From a virus (taxonomy: Duplodnaviria > Caudoviricetes): a stretch of DNA of 34,632 nucleotides. The notes below the pieces were generated by a model, which searched no databases, was not told where the DNA came from, and saw only the letters and a list, made by a program, of their open reading frames with translations. A program made the translations under genes and the position numbers. Below are positions 32,875 to 34,632 of this stretch, one piece after another (position 1 is the first letter of the stretch; each line of letters starts with the position of its first letter). The stretch is from positions 1 to 34,632 of IMG/VR virus record IMGVR_UViG_3300033067_000886; one strand, given 5' to 3'.

Positions 32875-33261
32875 ATGCAGACCAACAACACCATCATGGT
32901 GACCGTCTACGGTCGCGCCATCGAGCACCAGTGGGCCTTCCCGGCCCGCTGGATCATCTGTCAGGCCTGCGACGGTCACGCCACCACCACAGCGCACATC
33001 GAGCCCGACGGCGGCGGCTTCACCGCTTCCGAATGGCGCGATGCCTGCGACGAGAACGAGGACTTCGAACACGACTACTTCTCCGGCGCCTACGATCGCC
33101 CGTGCCCCAGCTGCGCCGGCAAGGGCCGCGTTCAGGTGATCGACACCGAGCGCGTCACCAGCTGGCGCGACAAGATCGTGCTCAAGGAGTTCAAGCGTCA
33201 GGAGCGCGACAGCGCCGAGATCGACGCCATGCACGAAGCCGAGCGGAGGATGGGAGCATGA
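32875..33261 (+). CDS. Zinc-finger early protein
   Basis: CQACDGH...YFSGAYDRPCPSCAGKG; ATG at 32875 after GGAGG. Confidence 0.75.
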   Translation: MQTNNTIMVTVYGRAIEHQWAFPARWIICQACDGHATTTAHIEPDGGGFTASEWRDACDENEDFEHDYFSGAYDRPCPSCAGKGRVQVIDTERVTSWRDKIVLKEFKRQERDSAEIDAMHEAERRMGA

Positions 33262-33554
33262 CCTTCACTCGCATGCAGCAGTTCATGATCGAGGACGGCT
33301 TCCCGCCCGAGTTGATCCTCTCCGACGAGCAGCGCAAGGCCGACTGGAAAGGCCATCACTACACCCGGCAGGGCTCGCGCTTCTCGACCATCGGCCGCCT
33401 CGATCCCGGCGAGGCTCGCCAGCGCCGCAAGGTGCAGCGCGAGTACGATCTCCACCGCGAGCGCGTCCGCGAGGCCCGCAAGGAGCGCGAGGAGGAAGAT
33501 CGCGAGGAGCGCTTGGAGAAACACTTCGAGAAGGAGCGCCGTCGCCATGGCTAA
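33258..33554 (+). CDS. Hypothetical charged protein
   Basis: ATGA-coupled start MTFTRM with a GGAG SD. Confidence 0.6.
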   Translation: MTFTRMQQFMIEDGFPPELILSDEQRKADWKGHHYTRQGSRFSTIGRLDPGEARQRRKVQREYDLHRERVREARKEREEEDREERLEKHFEKERRRHG

Positions 33555-33852
33555 TGGACACGTCATCTTCCATCGCCGCGGCGATGGCTGGCAGGGTTGG
33601 CTCGACGGCGAGACCCTGCGCTTCCGACAGGATCAGCCGATCGAGGGTCTGCCGTCGTCACTGCTCGCCTTCGTGATCCACAACGAACACGCGGCCGGAC
33701 GCTTCCGCGACATCGTACAGGCCAAGCTCGACGCCGGCATCAACGTCGGCCGCAGGCCGATCAGCAGCGTGCTCTCGGAGGGTCGCTATCACGCCGAGGT
33801 GCATCGCGGCTACCCGCCGGCCTACTATCCGGAAACATGCTTATCCGGTTGA
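33547..33852 (+). CDS. Hypothetical protein, possibly truncated by the downstream repeat-bounded cassette
   Basis: AGGAG SD; its stop codon falls inside the inverted repeat. Confidence 0.6.
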   Translation: MANGHVIFHRRGDGWQGWLDGETLRFRQDQPIEGLPSSLLAFVIHNEHAAGRFRDIVQAKLDAGINVGRRPISSVLSEGRYHAEVHRGYPPAYYPETCLSG

Positions 33853-33884
33853 GACACACAGCCGCAAAAACCTACTAGATGTAG
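33836..33884 (+). repeat. Left arm of an inverted repeat
   Basis: 33836-33863 matches the reverse complement of 34605-34632 at 26/28; 33875-33884 matches 34595-34604 at 10/10. Confidence 0.85.
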
Positions 33885-33893
33885 AGGTGATGT

Positions 33894-34154
33894 ATGAAAC
33901 CCGATTGGGATAACCAGTTTGCCGAAACCGAAGATGAACGCAACGCGCGGCTACGCGAAAAGCGGCTTTCCCAACCGAAAGCCAAAGAGCGTTTCTGCTG
34001 GAATTGCGGCGCAAGCATGGGCGTGATTGAGAACCGCTATTACGATAGCCGCGATACCTGCGGCGCCACCGAATGCGACCGCGAGGCGCGATATCAAGCC
34101 GAAGCAGAGCGCGCTGAGGCTCACGAGCAACTCGACCGGGATATGGGGTGGTGA
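33894..34154 (+). CDS. Small Cys-rich protein
   Basis: CWNCG...TCGATEC; GAGGTG SD. Confidence 0.65.
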   Translation: MKPDWDNQFAETEDERNARLREKRLSQPKAKERFCWNCGASMGVIENRYYDSRDTCGATECDREARYQAEAERAEAHEQLDRDMGW

Positions 34155-34156
34155 CC

Positions 34157-34411
34157 ATGAAAACCGATCTTGAGCACGGCGACCGGCTCATCTCGTTGAC
34201 GCATGAATACTCCAATCCGGCCTCGCCAACTGGATTGGATGAGACAACCTACCTCGCTGGCAAGTTTGGCTGTCGGCAAATCACCGTTGGCCGCATTCCA
34301 GGCCCGCACGATTGGGTGCTGACGGGTCAAGTCACGTTCGAGGATCAGCGCCCGGACCTGATTGTCCCGCTCTACAAGGCCGCACGATTCGAGGTGCAGT
34401 ATGGCGACTGA
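34157..34411 (+). CDS. Hypothetical protein
   Basis: 84 aa from MKTDLE; tiles with neighbours. Confidence 0.6.
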   Translation: MKTDLEHGDRLISLTHEYSNPASPTGLDETTYLAGKFGCRQITVGRIPGPHDWVLTGQVTFEDQRPDLIVPLYKAARFEVQYGD

Positions 34412-34604
34412 GACGCTACCCGGATACGACGACTGGAAAACCCACAACCCCGACGATGACCGCTGCGAGTTCTGTGGCGTGCATCCTCGCGAATGTCGCG
34501 GGGGCTGGCAACCTGATCTCTGCACCGGGGAATGCGGACGAAGCTGGCGCGATCCCGATTACGAATACGACAAGATGAGAGATGAACGTGACCACTACAT
34601 CTAG
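34401..34604 (+). CDS. Small Cys-rich protein
   Basis: MATETLPGYDDWKTHNP...CEFCG...CTGEC...DPD; GAGG SD. Confidence 0.65.
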   Translation: MATETLPGYDDWKTHNPDDDRCEFCGVHPRECRGGWQPDLCTGECGRSWRDPDYEYDKMRDERDHYI

Positions 34605-34632
34605 GGCTGTGTGTGTTAACCGGATAAGCATG
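34595..34632 (-). repeat. Right arm of the inverted repeat (may continue beyond the window)
   Basis: Reverse complement of the left arm at 33836-33884. Confidence 0.85.

Noticed and set aside
1-34632. CRISPR array, integrase, reverse transcriptase/DGR or IS transposase
   Set aside because: I saw no regularly spaced repeats, no TR/VR pair and no catalytic motifs for these enzymes in the window.

Overview
This window is about 35 kb of a GC-rich tailed phage or prophage, probably podovirus-like. The host may be alphaproteobacterial, but that is inference from gene content only. No integrase or host genes are visible. Almost everything from 1 to 32251 is on the minus strand. Read in transcription order it contains: a Cro-like HTH gene, a long run of small accessory genes, tRNA-Trp and tRNA-Arg, a DUF1376/YdaU-type replication protein, two HNH proteins and a lytic transglycosylase. 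These are followed by the terminase, portal, a tail-fibre-like gene, scaffold, major capsid protein, adaptor, tail-collar protein and a truncated tail protein. Overlapping divergent promoters at about 32293-32333 separate this arm from plus-strand early genes. The most striking element is a ~650-nt ORF-free, highly structured minus-strand RNA locus (about 18239-18888) with a candidate promoter and terminator. It embeds an atypical initiator-like tRNA-Met, contains further helices ending in ACCA, and carries an 11-nt perfect complement of the tRNA-fMet 3' end. Other highlights are a tRNA-Trp that lies in frame inside an SD-led ORF, an inverted-repeat-bounded three-gene cassette at the right end, a frameshifted zinc-finger gene, nested domain insertions in the tail-fibre-like protein, and a DnaA-box-like cluster. 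All family names come from motif recognition by eye, not from database searches.
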